A stretch of 64,000 bases of DNA from positions 195,588 to 259,587 of the forward strand of contig JABGXU010000008.1 of assembly GCA_018675635.1 (NCBI GenBank), written 5' to 3'. This DNA comes from Gammaproteobacteria bacterium. GTDB taxonomy: Bacteria > Pseudomonadota > Gammaproteobacteria > Poriferisulfidales > GCA-002705445. The position numbers and the translations under genes are program-made. Every line of letters starts with the position of its first letter. Position 1 is the stretch's first letter. Under the pieces are notes generated by a model. It saw only the letters and a program-made list of their open reading frames with translations. It ran no database searches and was not told the DNA's origin. This document shows, piece after piece, positions 61,260-64,000 of the stretch.

Positions 61260-61994
61260 TTGTTTATGAAACTTAAATTACTTTCTAGCATTATTTTTCT
61301 ATCATGTATATCCTTATTTATTAGTTTAGGATTTTGGCAAATAGATAGAGCAAATCAAAAAGATAGTATAGTTGAATTATATAAAGATAGGCAGTTATCT
61401 CCAGTAAAGTCATTACAGACATTTAAAAATAGAGATATAAAAAAGCTACATTTTATAAATTGTAAAATAAAAGGACGATACTTAAATAAAATATTTCTTA
61501 TAGACAATAAGATCAAGAATAATCAACTAGGATTTAATGTAGTAACACCATTTCAGCTTGAGAAAGGGGGTGAAATAATAATTGTAGACAGAGGCTGGCT
61601 GCCAATTAAAGGTGCGCGGTCTGAAATAATTAATAATTTTAATTATTTAAATAATCAAAAAATTGATAAAAATGCACAGGAAATTAATGGGTATATTTAC
61701 CCAAAAGATGAGAGTTATACTATTGGAGAGATATCAACAAATAAAGAATGGCCAAGATTATTGCAAGCAATTGATTTTCAAGAAATTAATAATGATATTT
61801 CAGAAAAAGATTTATTGCTGAGTGGAGTAATATTTAGACTTGGTAAAAATAATGAATTTGGTTTTAATAGGGAGTGGGAAATAGTTTATATGGATAGCAA
61901 TAAGCATCTAGGATATGCATTTCAATGGTTTAGTTTAGCACTTGTATTTCTAGTTATGACAATAATATTTTTTTTAAGAAATAAAGATGGATAA
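61260..61994 (+). CDS. SURF1 family cytochrome oxidase assembly protein
   Basis: GFWQIDRANQK and IIVDRGWLP are present. Confidence 0.85.
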   Translation: MFMKLKLLSSIIFLSCISLFISLGFWQIDRANQKDSIVELYKDRQLSPVKSLQTFKNRDIKKLHFINCKIKGRYLNKIFLIDNKIKNNQLGFNVVTPFQLEKGGEIIIVDRGWLPIKGARSEIINNFNYLNNQKIDKNAQEINGYIYPKDESYTIGEISTNKEWPRLLQAIDFQEINNDISEKDLLLSGVIFRLGKNNEFGFNREWEIVYMDSNKHLGYAFQWFSLALVFLVMTIIFFLRNKDG

Positions 61995-62559
61995 AAAAAC
62001 AGATTATTATCTTCAAGTAAAAACAAAATTATATTTGTTACTAATTATACTGTCATTTATAGGCCCACTTATACTTGCAACAATAATGTATAAATATAGT
62101 GATGCTCTTCCTGTTGCCCCACCAAAATCATATGGAAGTCTTATTAATCCTGTAATAACAATTAGTAAAAAAGATGAATTTAATAACATATTATCTATAA
62201 AGAAATGGACGTTAATGTATGTATATGGGAGTAATTTATGTGATCTTTCATGTGAAGCTACTTTATATATGATGCATCAGGTTAGGGAATCATTAGGTAA
62301 AGACATGCAAAGAGTATCTAATATTATTGTTACAAATACTGATTTTAATAATAATGATAATAAAAGGATTATTAAAAAATATAAAAATTTAAAACAATTA
62401 GATTTAATAAATAAAAATTTATTTAAAGTATTAAAGCATAATCATCTTTATATGGTTGATCCTTTAGGTAACATATTTATGTATTACGATAAAAATTTTA
62501 AAGCTAAAGGCTTAAAAAAAGATATTAAAAAAATATTAAAAATATCAAGAATTGGTTGA
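61987..62559 (+). CDS. membrane-anchored hypothetical protein with CxxxC motif (possibly distant SCO/thioredoxin-like)
   Basis: An N-terminal TM helix is present. YVYGSNLCDLSCEATLYMMHQV resembles the SCO FGFTHCPDICP region. It has an ATGGATAA overlap with surf1. Confidence 0.35.
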   Translation: MDKKTDYYLQVKTKLYLLLIILSFIGPLILATIMYKYSDALPVAPPKSYGSLINPVITISKKDEFNNILSIKKWTLMYVYGSNLCDLSCEATLYMMHQVRESLGKDMQRVSNIIVTNTDFNNNDNKRIIKKYKNLKQLDLINKNLFKVLKHNHLYMVDPLGNIFMYYDKNFKAKGLKKDIKKILKISRIG

Positions 62560-62568
62560 TAAAATTTT

Positions 62569-63594
62569 ATGATAAAAATTAATTATTATTTGTTGTTTGT
62601 TATATTTACTGCATTTGCTGTTATTACATTAGGAGCATATGTTAGATTATCTGACGCTGGTTTAGGTTGTCCAGATTGGCCAGGCTGCTATGGCCATTTA
62701 ATTGGGATACCAAATAATACTTCTGAGATTGTTGCGGCTGAAAATAATTTTTTTGGAACAACTTTTGATGTTATTAAAGCATGGAAAGAAATGATTCATA
62801 GATATCTTGCTGGTTTTTTAGGTATTTTAATATTCATTATATCGCTTATATTTTATAAAAATAATGTTCATAATATTTTTAAATTGTCTGCAATAATATC
62901 TGTTTTGGTAATAATGCAAGCTATTCTTGGAATGCTTACAGTCACTTTTCAACTTCAGCCATTAATTGTAATGTTTCATTTATTAGGCGGTTTAACAATA
63001 ATAACTTTATTATGGTTAATTTTTTTAAGGTTCAATAAAAACAGTTATTTTAGTGAAAGTGAGTTTGTTGTTAATGCCATGAATTACCAAATTAATATGC
63101 TATTAATGTTTGGATATGCAACTCTTATTGTTTTAGTAATTCAAATAATGCTTGGTGGGTGGACTAGTACAAATTATGCTGCATTAGCATGCCCTGATTT
63201 TCCAAAATGTAATACATTTTGGTGGCCTGATATGAATTTTAGTGATGCTTTTATGGTTCAATTTACCACAGGATTAAATTATGAATTTGGCAGACTAGAT
63301 AGCCCTGCACGAGTTGCAATACATTTTAGTCATAGAATTTGGGCAATTTTAGTAACTTTTATGATTTTAGCATTATCAGTAATTTCCTATAATATAATTA
63401 AAGTTTCGTACCAAAAAATTATTTCATATTTATTAGTATTTTTTTTATTAATTCAAGTTTTACTTGGAATACTCAATGTAAAGATGAGTTTGCCAATATA
63501 TATAGCAGTTGCTCATAATGGAAATGCTGCTCTTTTATTGATGTGCTTAGTAACGCAATTATATTTCATAAGAAATGTAAAAAATAATTTATAA
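62569..63594 (+). CDS. ctaA: heme A synthase CtaA/COX15
   Basis: RLSDAGLGCPDWPGCYG and a multi-TM body are present. Confidence 0.9.
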   Translation: MIKINYYLLFVIFTAFAVITLGAYVRLSDAGLGCPDWPGCYGHLIGIPNNTSEIVAAENNFFGTTFDVIKAWKEMIHRYLAGFLGILIFIISLIFYKNNVHNIFKLSAIISVLVIMQAILGMLTVTFQLQPLIVMFHLLGGLTIITLLWLIFLRFNKNSYFSESEFVVNAMNYQINMLLMFGYATLIVLVIQIMLGGWTSTNYAALACPDFPKCNTFWWPDMNFSDAFMVQFTTGLNYEFGRLDSPARVAIHFSHRIWAILVTFMILALSVISYNIIKVSYQKIISYLLVFFLLIQVLLGILNVKMSLPIYIAVAHNGNAALLLMCLVTQLYFIRNVKNNL

Positions 63595-63602
63595 AATTTA
63601 AA

Positions 63603-64000
63603 ATGGTTAATTCTAAAATTATTAAAGCATACATTGAATCTTCAAAACCTAGAGTTGTTTTACTAATGATATTTACTTCTTTTATTGGAATGCTTTTAGC
63701 AAACCCATTATCTATTAATTTAAAAGTTTTAATTTTAGGAAATCTTGGAATAGCTATGATGTCATTATCAGCTGGCTCTATTAACCAATTACTAGATCAA
63801 AGAATTGATAGAATTATGTCTAGAACTAAAGGCAGGCCTTTACCTGCAGGAATATTAACTACAAAAAATGTAGTTATTTATTCTTTATTAATGTCAGTTA
63901 TTGGATTTTTTATATTATTTTATTATATAAATATTCTTACAGCTTGGCTAACTTTCGGCTCTTTAATTGGATACGCTTTTATATATACACTTTATTTAAA
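63603..64000 (+). CDS. ctaB: protoheme IX farnesyltransferase (heme O synthase), 5' fragment running off the window end
   Basis: MVNSKIIKAYIESSKPRVVLLMIFTSFIGMLLA... is the UbiA-family CyoE/CtaB N-terminus. The frame is open to position 64000. Confidence 0.85.
   Translation, partial: MVNSKIIKAYIESSKPRVVLLMIFTSFIGMLLANPLSINLKVLILGNLGIAMMSLSAGSINQLLDQRIDRIMSRTKGRPLPAGILTTKNVVIYSLLMSVIGFFILFYYINILTAWLTFGSLIGYAFIYTLYL

Noticed and set aside
1-64000. CRISPR arrays, prophage genes, IS elements, rRNA operons
   Set aside because: A scan of intergenic regions showed no regularly spaced direct repeats. No transposase, integrase, capsid or terminase-like translations and no rRNA-like conserved stretches were seen.

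Overview
This is a very AT-rich (roughly 30% G+C by eye), gene-dense stretch of a gammaproteobacterial chromosome. Most genes are recognisable housekeeping genes, and local gene order resembles Pseudomonas and E. coli. There are no integrases, transposases or IS elements, and no CRISPR arrays, phage structural genes or rRNA genes. The main conserved blocks, in order:
- cmoA(partial)-cmoB, metK-ahcY, rsmE-gshB-ruvX-pyrR-pyrB-pyrC', yggS-proC-yggT, and metX-metW.
- An accessory-looking patch between metW and rph: a TerB-like gene, a DUF2384-like/SET-domain gene pair, yrfG, an MFS transporter, a three-gene translationally coupled membrane operon, tRNA-Phe, yggX, moaC/moaD, degP, and a single-domain asparaginase-like gene.
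- Downstream of that patch: rph-rdgB, rpmE, a TAT-lipoprotein M48 peptidase, dsbD, aroQ-accB-accC-fis-purH-purD, and rho-trxA.
- A glycolytic block tkt-gap-pgk-pyk-fba (class I aldolase), then plsY, bioH-bioC and fnr with a perfect FNR box.
- A complete aa3-type cytochrome c oxidase cluster: coxB-coxA-ctaG-coxC-DUF2909-surf1-hyp-ctaA-ctaB(partial).
The most novel candidate is a two-gene cassette at 14083-15006. A small protein whose C-terminus looks like the Xre/MbcA/ParS (DUF2384) antitoxin toxin-binding domain sits directly upstream of a compact but complete SET-domain protein-lysine methyltransferase. The arrangement resembles an antitoxin-toxin or chaperone/immunity-effector module, with SET replacing the usual RES toxin. 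I know of no description of this pairing. Everything is inferred from reading the translations and DNA by eye; no database searches were run.
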